The position numbers and the translations under genes are program-made. From Girardia tigrina (lineage: Eukaryota), in NCBI GenBank assembly GCA_001938485.1, contig MQRK01250726.1:1-54552 (forward strand): 54,552 bases of DNA, in the 5' to 3' direction. Of the stretch, positions 13,671 through 27,400 are shown one piece after another; within the stretch, counting starts at the first letter, position 1; every line of letters begins with the position of its first letter. The notes under the pieces are model-generated. The model did not search any database. It was not told the origin of the DNA and saw nothing but the letters and a program-made list of their open reading frames with translations.

Positions 13671-16600
13671 GTATGGACTTGTTCGATGGTATAACTTCTA
13701 TTGACAGCCAACCAGGTCCACTCTGAAGTAGATACCGAAACTTCAACAGTGGACTTGAGCACTATGTGAAACCATCTAAGATGTTCTGGACTGCAAAGTT
13801 ATCTACCATTGCAATTTCCTGACCTCAACGAAAGAAAAATGTTCTGGGGACATCAGTGGGCTAATTCTAATATAAGTTGGGATCCTGCAAAATGGCGTGG
13901 AGTAATCTTCAGTAATGAAATAAATATCCTTCGGTGAACATCATAACTATTATGTGTCGCAGCCATTGAGACCCAGTAGGAGCGGCTAATAGAATAATGC
14001 TCAATTAAATACAAATTGAAATGATCAAAATCAAATCAAACTTTTATTTATAAATCAATTTTTCACTAAATTGATGCATTTAAACAACACATATTTACAT
14101 TTTGTAAGTTAGTCACAGCATGTTCCATGACGTTAATATCACGTAAATGTGATGCTCTAGGGTTCCCTCACTGTTTCGGAACATATAGTTTAATGATGTG
14201 GAAATGCAAAATGTGTTACTCACTATACGATAGCCTACTAAGACGAACAGGCACACCTTTACAGAGTAAGTGGGATAACACATGTCACTGACACTGCATT
14301 AAATTTAATTACTAATAAATTTTATGTAACGGTTTCTTAATTAAACAAAATTGTTTAAAATATGAATTTTGAGTGATTAATGAGCAGAAATGTTTATTGT
14401 TATGTCTCGTTAAAAATACAAGGTTTTTTCTAAATTGAATAACATTTTAACGCCTCCATTTTAAGCTAATATAAGATAAAAGAAAAAGATCCGAGATATG
14501 TAACGAGTGAGCTGAATTTTCGACTTTGAAAGTTTCTGTTTTAATTTTTAAATCGTAATTATTATAATTTATTATTAATTGTTTCGAATTCTATGTTGAT
14601 TTAACAGTCAGTCAATTAAATCGGCTGCTGGCGCCTTTTGGCAAAGGCGCTGTACAGACAGAACCGTCTCGATGCGGACTATGCAGAAGTATCTCAACTT
14701 TACAAGGATTCACTCACTTTGCCTTCAATATTTCTCATTTTATCAGAATATATATGATCATAGTAAAATTTGAGCTTGACCGACAAACCGTGAATCAGAT
14801 GATAACGAAATTTTGCAAATTTAACCTACATTGATTTTTAGAAATATAATTACTAAATAAGTGATATAGATTGCCATTTGTCAAATAAATTAGTATTTTA
14901 TTAGTATTTTTCACGAAATTCCTTGTAGGAATCATCAAAATCGTCATCGTTCGAAATCGATGTTAATTTAACCATTTAACAACTTGTACGGGTTTCGATC
15001 GATTTCATCGGCTTCCGGGCATCTTTCGGTGAACGTGCATTACCGACAAAATTGTATTGACGCGGACTATCCAGATTGATCACGTCCTTAAATTGATTTA
15101 CTCCGGTTCGTCCGCAATTTCACATTGAAAAGCGTGACCGACAGACAGACAAACAAACTAACACAATTTTTAGACAAATATAATATATATGTTGGGTATA
15201 TAATTAAATCTCGTTTTATTTTTAATTTATAATCAACTACTAATCTGACTCCAAATGAACAAAAGGTTTCTTCCAACAATAATATATGCAGAATGAACAA
15301 GACCTTTTAATAATAATTTATTCTGCAAACAACAATTGATTTACAAATATAAATTCAACTCTATCAGTACACTACAATTCAAAGATCAAACTTCGATTAA
15401 ACAGTTACAACAACTTTTTAGTTCGAGCCAGGCGCGTAGCCAAAAGGGGTGATTGGGTGGATTTCCACCCCCCCTGATAAAATTCCCTAAAAATTGTTAC
15501 GAAAAACAAAACTTAGAGGAACGGGACCTCTCGTTTTTCCCCCAATTAAAATCCAATTGGGCGTTCCCATTTTAATCCACGTTTTCGGCCCTACTGGCGA
15601 GGCTGAAAACAAAGATTAATATAGAAACCCTTGATTGGATTTTAATCGGGGAGAAAAAAGGAGGTCCGATGAACATTTAAGGAGCTTATGGATCGTTTAA
15701 GTTTAGAGGGTTAAAATCGGGAGACACCCCCACCCCTGAAAAAATTAAAACATAATTAGCCACCCCAATTATATTTAAGATTGCTAGATCTTTCAGGAAT
15801 TTTTTTTCACCCCCCCCTCTGCAATCCTAGCTACGCCGCTGGTTCGAGCGATGCTAAAATGATTTGTTTTAAAACTTATCTGCTCCTTTATAGGATACTG
15901 ATACTTTCGTATTATTACAATTTATTTTAAAAGCTTATTTTCTCCTTTACAGGATACTAAAAACTTTCTATTAATTCTTTAGTTCAAAAAAAATAACAAT
16001 AATAAAAAAAACATGTTTACTACGCATAAAATTTTGAAATTAATTTTTCTTCGAGTGATCAAATGGGCCTCTGAAACTGAAATAACTATTGCTTATATAC
16101 TAGTTTTTCCTAACCTTGAAAATTGAATAACTAAAACAAATCTCAAAATATTTACAAATATTTTATAAATTTTATTAAAATACTATTATNNNNNNNNNNN
16201 NNNNNNNNNNNNNNNNNNNNNNNNNNNNNNNNNNNNNNNATATATATATATATATATATTTACCTTCTGTTAATATAAAAACGTGATATGAGCCCTAAAA
16301 ATGAGTATTTAAATATTATGCATATTTATCATTTCAATATTTATAAGACGTTTAAATTAAAAAAAATGTTTACAAACTCTCCTAATAAAAACTAGTTTTA
16401 ATAGTATAAACTTTGGGAAATTTCGAATTTGTGGTGGAAATAGTATATATAATCAAAATTAATTTCGACGATAAAACGGCATGCAAACGGGTCTCTCGAA
16501 AACCCTATTGCGCGTGTTTAGATGACATAATAATACATTAATGACATAATCACTACTTGTCTATATAAGCAGATTTAAAATTCATTTTTTTCTTGAGACC

Positions 16601-18401
16601 TGACGATAACGGTTATACCGTCGAAATTAATTGTCATGAAAAATAAATGTACATTTAACAAATGGCGTATTTTTGTTTTTAAAAATAAGTTGCCATCATT
16701 TTTTAATTTTTTGAAAAATCAAAATTATTTTTTATTGAATCCGAAGACACTTGCGTTGTCGACAGCTTCTCTAACAACGATATCATCTAAGTATATTCTC
16801 TTTACGGTGCTAGAAATATTTCTTAACTTTTATTGTTGGATGCTGATGAAATCTCAAAAATATATCATTAAAGACAAGCAAAAAAATTAAGTGTTTATAA
16901 CCTAAGAACAAAAGTTTTTACACAAAAGTTACCTTTAAATTCTACGCTACTTCATTTTCATTTAAAAGAAAAAAATAATATTGTGTACATGGGGGTGCAA
17001 TTAATTTGACTGGTAGTTTATGTAGATATAATTACAAAACTCAATAATTAAAATTCAAAATAATTAAATTAATAATTCATACCAAGCTTCCATTTACCCA
17101 TAAAATATATCTCACAAATAAGAAATAGGCTCATCAATAAATAGAGAATCGTAAAGATAACCCAGAAAATCAATTTGTTGTAGACCTAAAAAAAGAACAT
17201 GTCTTAAAAAGTTTAATGATAGGATTATGATTTTCTGTTTCTTTAAACAAAGCTTTAAAACATACTTCCTAAAATTATATTAGGTTTTAATATGAAAAAA
17301 GCTTTTATTTAGCACTAATAGGTCATTTTTGTTGCAATTCAGCAGCAATTCACAGATTGGAATTCGGTTTATGAGATTATTTTGTGCCAACTCATGTAGA
17401 ACTATACGCAGAGCTTCTTTTTATATCAAGCCTTTTAAAGTGGTTCCCATTGAGGCTTTTCATCAATCGTAACATACCTCACTTCAATCTAATATTTCAG
17501 TAACATATATCTGATATCTTTCCTAAGTGTCGGTACTTGTAAAATTTTGGTTATCGCTAACATAATTCATTTTTAATTCTAAAATATTAGCTGTTTACTT
17601 ATCGTTAATTTTTGTTGAATTTACTATACACAGAAAGTTCACTGAAGAATATAAACTGTTACGAGTTTTTGGTGACTTTTAAATTTTTGAATAATTAATT
17701 TGTAATATCATATTTATAATTAAATAATTTATTTATATAAATTTTTTAAAAACAAATATTTCGGATTAATAATAATAATTGCAATTAAATTTTAATTTAT
17801 TAAACAAGACTTTTTAGGAAAACAAATTCGGAGTACCAAACATTGTAAATAAAATCGAGTTTTAAAATAAAAATCTTAATGTTTTGATTACAATTAAAAT
17901 TGTATTAAATTTTTATTAAAAAATAATTATAATTAAATGTTTTCTTAAAAAATTAAGTTGTAAAATAAAAAATCATAATGTTTTATTACAATTAAAATTG
18001 TATTAAAATAATTATAATTGAATGTTTAAGCAATTAACGAAGAATAAACTAATAAATCAAAAAATTAAAATTTTTTATATCCATTCTTTATGCAGACAAA
18101 ACTCTACTTTGCCAACAAAGTTTTTAAAATTTAAAAATTTAAGATTTAAAAAATTTAAAATTAAAAAAATACATTAAAAATTAATATAAACTACTTATAA
18201 TTTATAAATAGATATCTTGCAATTAATATTGATCGGGAACTCCGAATTTCCATTTTTTTCCCATTTTGGGATCTTAAAAAGTTTGTTCGATCAAATTTTT
18301 ACATAATCATTTATTGTCATCGAGAATGAGTAAGTGTGCAAAGTTTGAAGAAAGTAGATTGAGTAGAAGGCCTTCAAAAACAGGTTTTTAAATTCCATGG
18401 A

Positions 18402-18436
<35 letters not shown>

Positions 18437-21400
18437 AAAAACATTTGGAAATTTAATTTTAACAGAACCATTCAAATGTAGCATTCAAATATTTTAAAGA
18501 TCTAAAATTATATTTAAGTTAAATGGTTTTAAATAAATAATATTGAAATAAAAGCATTTAAATAATTCTAAATTAATAGAAATCGTTGTAATTTAACTAA
18601 AATACATTTAAAAATGATTTTAAATAAAACAGTAATTATGTAGATTTTTATGATGTATTTTAAAGATTTTTATAAAATATTAAAATATAAATTAACGTAA
18701 TCAAAAAATAATAAATTCAATTTTTAATTAACGTTTATAATAAATAACTTATCAGTATTATAATCCAGTATTTTTATGTATAATTAATCTGGTCAAAAGA
18801 AAACAAAAGAAAGGTTCCTCAAGAAAAATTGTTTAAATAATTGTTATTGTTATTGAAATAAATTTTTGTCTTAATGAATTCTATTAAATTGATCAAGAAC
18901 CCAACATAAACTAAAGAACAAAAACATCATTTCTTCAGTTAACTTCCTAGCTTCACTATGGCACGTCTCTCTTACACTTCCTTTTATTATAAAAATATTT
19001 TTTGCGCCATATAAAAATATTTTTTGTGATAATTTATTTCGACGGTTTTATCATCATCATCTTCAGATCACTGATTTTTAGGTTTTTTTACTTTTTTTCC
19101 ACTTTTGCTAAAATTCACGGGGTTGTTTGCTTTAAATGGTTGTAAAATACAAACCAAATCATACAGCTAACTAAAAATTGCGAAGTTATGTATTGAGTAT
19201 TCAGTTGTATATTGATGAGAACAGTGTTGCCGTTCTAGTTACATTGCGAACAATTCAAAGTCACCAACTTATTGACTAACCCGCATATTTAGATAAATGT
19301 AATTATATCATGCCTTTTTCTAAGTTATATCTTTCTAATTGAAGGTTGTATATGAAAAAGAATACATTTCACGATAATGAAAATTTGATAATACAATCAA
19401 CAAGATAAAAATCCTTAAAATATTGAATGAGTCAACATGTCAGGTGTCAAACAATTTGAACACATCATACATCCTTGAAAGAATAATATGGAAGTGATTA
19501 CCAAAAGACAAGTGATTCAACGATGATAGCCATGTCCGGGGTATGGTTCGATATAAGTTTGGAAAAGAATAACTGTCGTTAGAACTGATGATCATCAGTG
19601 ACCAGATTGAAGAATCGAATCTCTGAACCAAGCGTTGATGATGAAACTAAATCGGTCCCATGAAAGATAGAGATGATTTGCTTAATCTGTTTTAATTCAT
19701 ACGTCGACAGTCATTTTCCTTTTATATCAAACCTGATTGTAATTTATTATCATTATTATAAAAATTAAATTAGATGTAGAATGTTTTTTCAAACGCATTA
19801 ATTATCCCAACACACATTTTTTAAATTTAAAGACACAATATAAAGATCAAAACATTTCCGTTTCGAATATTCAAGCAAAGAAAAATTCTTTTTTTATTAA
19901 TTACAGTTAACTTATAAAAATCATTAATTAATTTTGTCATAGAATACACATCACACAATGCTTTTAATAATGTTGTTCTTTGTCTAGTTCAAACGATTTA
20001 GACACCATTTGTGGGGAATTCTTGTCGAATTAAAATTAATGAATGATACTGAACAAATAGAAATGAAGTATTTCTTTTATTATACAGAAAGTTTTCGTTG
20101 TTTTCGCACACTACAAAATGTTTATAAAGTTTTAAACAATTCCTCCAAAGACAATATCAATGAATGTCAAAGAGAAATCTTCAAGAATTCTAGATAACAT
20201 GAAAATATATTTATGTATATCAAATTGACTTTCACCGCTTGACAAAACATTTTTCTGTCCCAAGATTTTGTATTTATCTAATATCTAAGCAAAAATATAT
20301 GTCGTTCATTGAAATAAAATATTTATGGAGATAAAGAGTAATATTTAAAAATGATAATCATCAATGTTTTAATAACTAATAAGAATGTAAAACGTTTGAA
20401 TATATTAAAACATTAAATAAAAACACTGATATTATCGACTTAAAAATGAAAAATAAACATGTCAGTCAATAACTGTTATTAAGAACATTTAGAAAAGTCT
20501 CATTTGAATTTTTATAGAGTCATTACAACTCTCAGAAGGTCTTTCATCGTTTTCCATCGTTCTAATTGGTTTTCTTATTTCTGTTTTTAATCATGATTAT
20601 TCGAACAATTTATCTAAGTCATTTTTTAAAATATTTAACTTCTAAGAAAATATTAATTAAAAATAATAATTTTAACAATTTCTTAATAAAACCCAAAATA
20701 ATAAAAATGTTGTCACATTATTAAAAATGCATTTAATTTAAATTTTACTAAAAATATTAAACTTAATTTTAATTGTTAAATTAGAAAATATGAACTTATC
20801 GAATGATCATTTTAATTATGTTCGAATAGTCGATCACTTTAAATTTAAATTAAAAAAATACCAATTTCCATCTGGGTTGGAGAATCGCCATTCTAAATTC
20901 AACATACTTAAATCAATATACAGCACCCATACATTTACACATTTAAACAATTTAAAATATTCCTCACAACTGTGAAATTTAATTTTTAAAATCTATTACT
21001 AGATGAGCTTTAAAATAAATTAATTACGAGAATACAAATGATGAGGGAAAGAATTTCTTAAGCTTCTACAGAAATAAGAAAAATATGAGAAGTAAATTTA
21101 ATATTTTACGCCAAAAAACACTCATATTGTATTTTTCAATGTAATTCATAAGTACACTCGAATTTTCTCCAGTGTTTCACAATTGGTTTGCTCATCATTT
21201 TATAGAAATCACAACTATTCATCAAGAGAAATTTCTTCACATTTGATTGTATTTCCTTGCAAATCTTTCTTAAGGTTTTTGAACTACCAAAAGTGAATGG
21301 ATTCAATATCTGGGTTGTACAAGAGGTCGTCAATTAACACAAACTCAGTACTCAGAAATGTCTCTTGTATTCAATGGTAAGTGTGTAAGCAATGTTGGGA

Positions 21401-24400
21401 ATCAAATAGAGGTAGTGGTGGCGAGATTTGAATCTGAGTCATCTAACTTCATTAACCATATTGCATATAGAATCCACCTTTTGATTCTATCTATTAATAG
21501 GGAATATAGAGACTAATTGACTTTTCCTATTCAGTCACGATATTTTAAATAAACTTGGTATAATGTAACAAAACATGTGAATATTGTTTTTATATATTGT
21601 TTATTATCTGTCTACTATTTTGGCTGTTAACACATTGACTGCTGTTGACATCATGCACCGAACGTCTGCTACGCGCGCTACGCGTGGGACAAAAAAGTTT
21701 ACTGCCGCGCCTTTTTAGCATTTAACACATTGAATGCTGAGTACGAGATATCTCGTACTTAGCGTCTTAGTAATGTAAGCCATAGTAAAAATTTTGCGAA
21801 TTTAATAATAGATTGATGCTTTATGAACTTTTTTCACCATTATTGAAACTTGCGAATAATTGATTTTGATCAATATTCCTGAACATTATAAAATATATAC
21901 TATGTAAAATTCGACTACGTCATACGTATTTTCCAATAAACATCAAGTTATTTTAATTACCTACAAATAAATGCACTTTTAAATATAACATTTGATTCGG
22001 GTACATTTCTTCTTTCATTGACAGTTTAATGGCTCTTTTGCCTAACCATGCACGAGGAAGAAAAGACAAATGTACCTATTAAAGTTTTAAGGAAAAACAA
22101 AAATAATGGAGTGTTACATATTTATTTAAAAAATCAAAAATTATATTATTGTAAAAATCATTATCATTAAATTTTAAAAATAAAAAATATTTATCCATTT
22201 TAAAGTTTCAATTTTCTTTCTATTCAATTTGAATTAAATAAATTGAATTAATGATACCAATTTTAAATGATAAAAATTTTAATTAAATATATCAAAAATG
22301 CAATAATCATTTCACTAACAACTCCAACGACTCCAAAAAAGATAATCATAGCCATTGTCATAAAGAATGAGTGAGCTGAAGCATTGATATCTGGATGTCG
22401 AATTTGGTATATTTTAATCATACATATGCAGGCAAGTATATACATATAGGCCGTGTCTGAAAGACTTTAAAGACAATCAAAATGGAAAACCAATGATACC
22501 GAATTGAAAATTATTTCGACTGGGACAAATATGATAACATGCACTCATGATCCCTTCCATGGTTAATGACAGACCCATAGCATAGAACAGACCATAATAT
22601 TGAGGTATTCCAAGATTCTGGATTAGTTACAATATACATCTAATATTAATAAAACACATACATGATTTTTCTTGTTTAATCGTAATTTACATTCGTTGTA
22701 AAGACTGTGCCTTAAAATTAAAAAATAGTAATGGATATCAAAAGAATTAATAATTCAAAAGAATATATAAGTTATATCAAAAGGTTTTTACATTAATAAT
22801 AAAAGACATGTTGATGGGCAAAAAATAAATGCAATACATGCAAGTCATTGAATCAAGAAATATTTATTTTCAACTTCAAAGAATGTAAAAATTAAATTGT
22901 TCATATTTCTGAATGACTGGATATTTAAAAATTAATAATTCTGTTGTGTCAAAAAGTCTTATGATATTGCTTGATCTTAAGATGTCAACACTTGAACGAA
23001 TCGGATATTATATTAAGCAACACACGTACTTCGACGCCTCTCAACATGGATTTTTGATTTGAGCAATAACCTCTCCTGTATAATATTTAAAACTAAAAAA
23101 TCGCCGCACAATTCACACGTCTATTGCAGGTCGCTTGTCCAACATGCCGAGCGATGAGTATATGTATCACATTTCAATTTTTTATCAAGATGGTATGATA
23201 CACGTGCTCATCGCAAAGTTTTTTTCCGATTATTTAAGTGGTTAAATTTAGGTTACTCTCCAAAAAAACAACAAAAAAGCACTTTGACGTTTGATGACAA
23301 CTGAGATTGATAATCTACTTGGGGATTATAATCTCCTGAACGAAATTTGACAAACGCTCTTTTGATGGTCTGAACATTTATAACTTTACTTCTAGAAATG
23401 TTTGTATTGAAATTGACAAATGAAATTTACTAGAGCTAATAAAATACGACACATATTTCCGCAAATCAACATTAAAGTATTGATTATGTAATCGATAATG
23501 TCATTCATTTCTCCGTGAATATATATAACAGAGAAGATGAGTGTGAGGCTTGCATATCCCTTTTCGGATCCATTGATCTTATTCATAAAGTCCCTCATCA
23601 GTATCACTATGTCACAATAAATTTGAAATTGATTACAAAAATTGAATATAAAAATAGTTCTCTTCTATTTTCTTTTATAATTTAAATTATGTTCATCAAT
23701 ATTGTTTCTTTATTTAATTATCAATGCTCTTATGATCCGTCTGTAGAGATAACGAGAAGTCTCTACAGAGTATGTGATAATACGTGTACGTTCATTTATT
23801 TATAAACGAGAAACGAACACAAACAGTAAGGCGTTTGAGTAAATATTACTAAGTATATCACGAATTTTTTAAGATTGAGATATCGAATCGAGATTTAGCA
23901 GACAATTAAGTAATAGAATCAATATTGCTGAACATAATGTGAAATGTAAAAGAATCTAGAAGAAAAGGAATTTCCAATTCTACGAACTCGATAAAGAATT
24001 ATTTGTGGTGAGACCTTATTATTAAGATCAGTCGATCAGAAAATTATTATTCGAACCTCACTTTTAACTTCTCTGTTAAACATTTCTACGGAGTATGATA
24101 ACATTATTGATTGTCAAATCATAACTTTGTTATAGAAGCGGCGAGATTAGTGTTAATTCTGTCTAACAAAGGCAAATTTGGAAATCTATTGAAATTAATT
24201 ACGGTAAAAATTTTTTAATGGCGTTCTGATTTTGAGTTAATTAAATATAAAGTTGCCCCATAAGTTTTATCGTACACATATATCTATGTTAACTGCAGAT
24301 ATCCTTGCATCACATAAATAATTACTCCCTCTGTTCCGAAATAATGTTTACATTTGGGATAAATCTTTCCGATTATCAGGATAGATAACGATCTAGCACG

Positions 24401-27400
24401 TCAGGACAAACAAAAATTTCCATGGTTACAGGTCGCATTTTTAACAGCATTTATGTCATGCTTTCCTTTTCTCGTTTTCGGCACTTCATAAAAGAATTTT
24501 ATCAAGTTAGACCTTTCTAGTAAAGAAAATTGCAGCAATTAACACAAATTAGAAACACATTATTTTGGAAGAAAAAGTCATGGTAATATGTAAACATTAT
24601 TTCGGAACAGAGGGAGTATTATATATTTGAAATCCCTAATAAAAAGTGAATTAGGTAAAATAGCATTTGCGATCTACTTATGTCCAAAAATTTTCATTTT
24701 CTGTTCTAAATGAATTTTCGTTTAATAAAATAATAGTATTTTCGTAAATTTCGCACTTTTTCATCATCCTAATGGACTTTAATCGCTCTGATATTCGTAA
24801 ATTAATTTACTATTTCTGGAAAAGGGATTTAACACCCTCACAGATGACTGACGAAATTAACACGGCCCTTTCCCAAATTAACAGTCTCAAAGAGAACATG
24901 TGAAAGGTGGATTTCCAAGTTTCGTGAAAACAACTTTAGCACAGACGATCAAGTCCGCGAATGGCGGCCCTCTCTTGACATAGACGAGAAGATAATCAAG
25001 TTTCTGACTGAGGACAAGCGTGCAACAACGAGGAACATTAAAGAGAGAATTGATCAGGAAAAAACCACGGTGTGCCGGCATTTAAATGCAATGGGATACC
25101 GATACCTGGAAAATTGCTGGGTGCCACACGCTCAGACGCAACAGAACAAGGATAATCGCAAAAGAATTTGTCAACAGCTATTGGATATTTATAATCGGAA
25201 TGATTTCCTGTCCCAAATCATCAGCTGCGATGAGATATTGGTGTACTGGGACAACGAAGGCGCTTTCAATAATAGATCATGGAGAAAACCGGATGAAAAC
25301 CCACTTGCAACACCGGCACGAAAACTGACAATCCGAAAGCATCTCGCCTTTGGCACAGTAAAGGAGTGTTGTTGTTAGATGTCTTACCTCTAAATGCTAC
25401 AATCAATGCGGATGTCTACTGTACTCAGTTGGATCGTCTCATTATCGCCGTACGGCTGCTAAGACCAAGGACAAGCTGAATGCGCTTGCATTCACCGTAC
25501 TACCACATCCACCATACTCCCCGATCTCTCACTATCTGAGATCTATCTATTCTCTCCAATGAAATGTGCACTTAGAGGAAAGAATTATGCCAGTGTCAAC
25601 AATATCAACGAAGATCTTCTACATTGGTTTGACTAGAAACCGCCTGATTTTTTCCAAAATGGGATACTCAGCCTCCATGGACGTTGGCTGAGATGTATTG
25701 AGCACAATGGCGACTACTTTTCGCATTTACATGACGTGGACGATTGATAAAATATTTTATATTTTATTGTATTTTGGTGTTTTTACGGCAAAACTTATGA
25801 GGCAACCCTATATTATAATTATCAATATAATTGACAAATATATGGTATCTATAAACCGAAATGGGGATATATTTCAGATCAATTTTGAAACAAATGGATG
25901 ACAAATTCAATGATACTGAAATTGTTTCACATAAAATAGCGTGTGAAAAGAAACTGTTAGTTTGAAATTTCAATTGCTTCTTGAAATTCTAAATGAACGA
26001 ACTTTCAAAGATTCAACTAACCCAACATTACCAATTAATATAATCAATAATTAACCTTCTCCAAGTTATTAAAGTAAACAGAATACCAAGAAGAACATAT
26101 CCTACGTTTGAAATGATGTTATTGAAAGCGGTGAAAATATAAATCGGTCTTGTGCACCGAAAATTGTAATAGCATATATCCTGATTGCCAGTTGTATCAA
26201 CAGTCTTAACATGACAATCATTAACACAGTAACTATGATAATAGAGACAACTTGTTGAAAGTTAATAACCAATTGTACAACTGGTAAAGAGTAGAACACA
26301 GATATTATTATCAAATACCTGAAAATAGTAAAAATATGTTTATATATTCAATCAAATCCACAATGAAATACCACAAATATAAAAAGTATTTCCGGTCTAC
26401 AATTTCTGACTTCTTCTTACTTAAATCTGAAACAAACACTGTTGTCTGAAATAAATAAAAACATCTTACGTATTTCATTTGTACATAAAAATGTAAAAAT
26501 ATTTTTAAATAAACAATTTTTAGTTCATTCAATATAATTAGATTCGAATTCAATAATAATAATTTGTGTGAATGTTACATATCGAGATTCGATAAATGTC
26601 AACATTGAAAACAAAATACCTAACATGAATTTATGGTAGATATAAATATACACTGTACATGTCGGCTTTAACGTGAAATGTCTCTAAATTCAATACACAT
26701 TTAATATAGATACATGAATCTGAAAATTCGGATAACAAAGATTATATGCAAAGTCTAGGTACAAATAGTGTCAGCTTATATGCTATATACACTAGACGGG
26801 CACAAAGGGCCTCATTGAGTAGAGGTGGGCACGTTTAGCGTTTAAACGACCGTTTAAATGTTTTCTATTTTTAAGACGTTTAAACGTTTAGCGATTTATA
26901 AACGACCGTATAGTTCTTAAGTTCGTATTTCAAAACTCACAATATTGGTTATACTTTTTTGAAACTTTTATCATGCTACATAAGGGCTATTCATTTGTCA
27001 AGAACACATTGTCCCAATCTATTGAGCTTTTTCATGGGACTATAAATACAAAGTAAGAAAAGTGACATTAATATCATATTTGAGAATTGCATCAAAATTT
27101 TTGGTAAATTTTTTGTTAGGGTAAAATTATTTAAATTATAATTGTTGATTTTCTAAATTTTTTCGAGTAAAAAAGTTTTAAAAACAAGATGTATTGAAAA
27201 GGTATTGCTTTTTGATGAAGCACAAAATTTAAATTTTTTTCATTGGAATAATTAGCTAAACAGTTATTATGATTGGTTTTATGTATATAAAAATATGTAT
27301 GTAGTGTTTTGACATTAAAAATTTTTTAAATTAAAAATTCTACTTTAATAAAATAAATTCATTTGAATGAAATAAGTACAAAAAGTAATTGCAGTTATAA

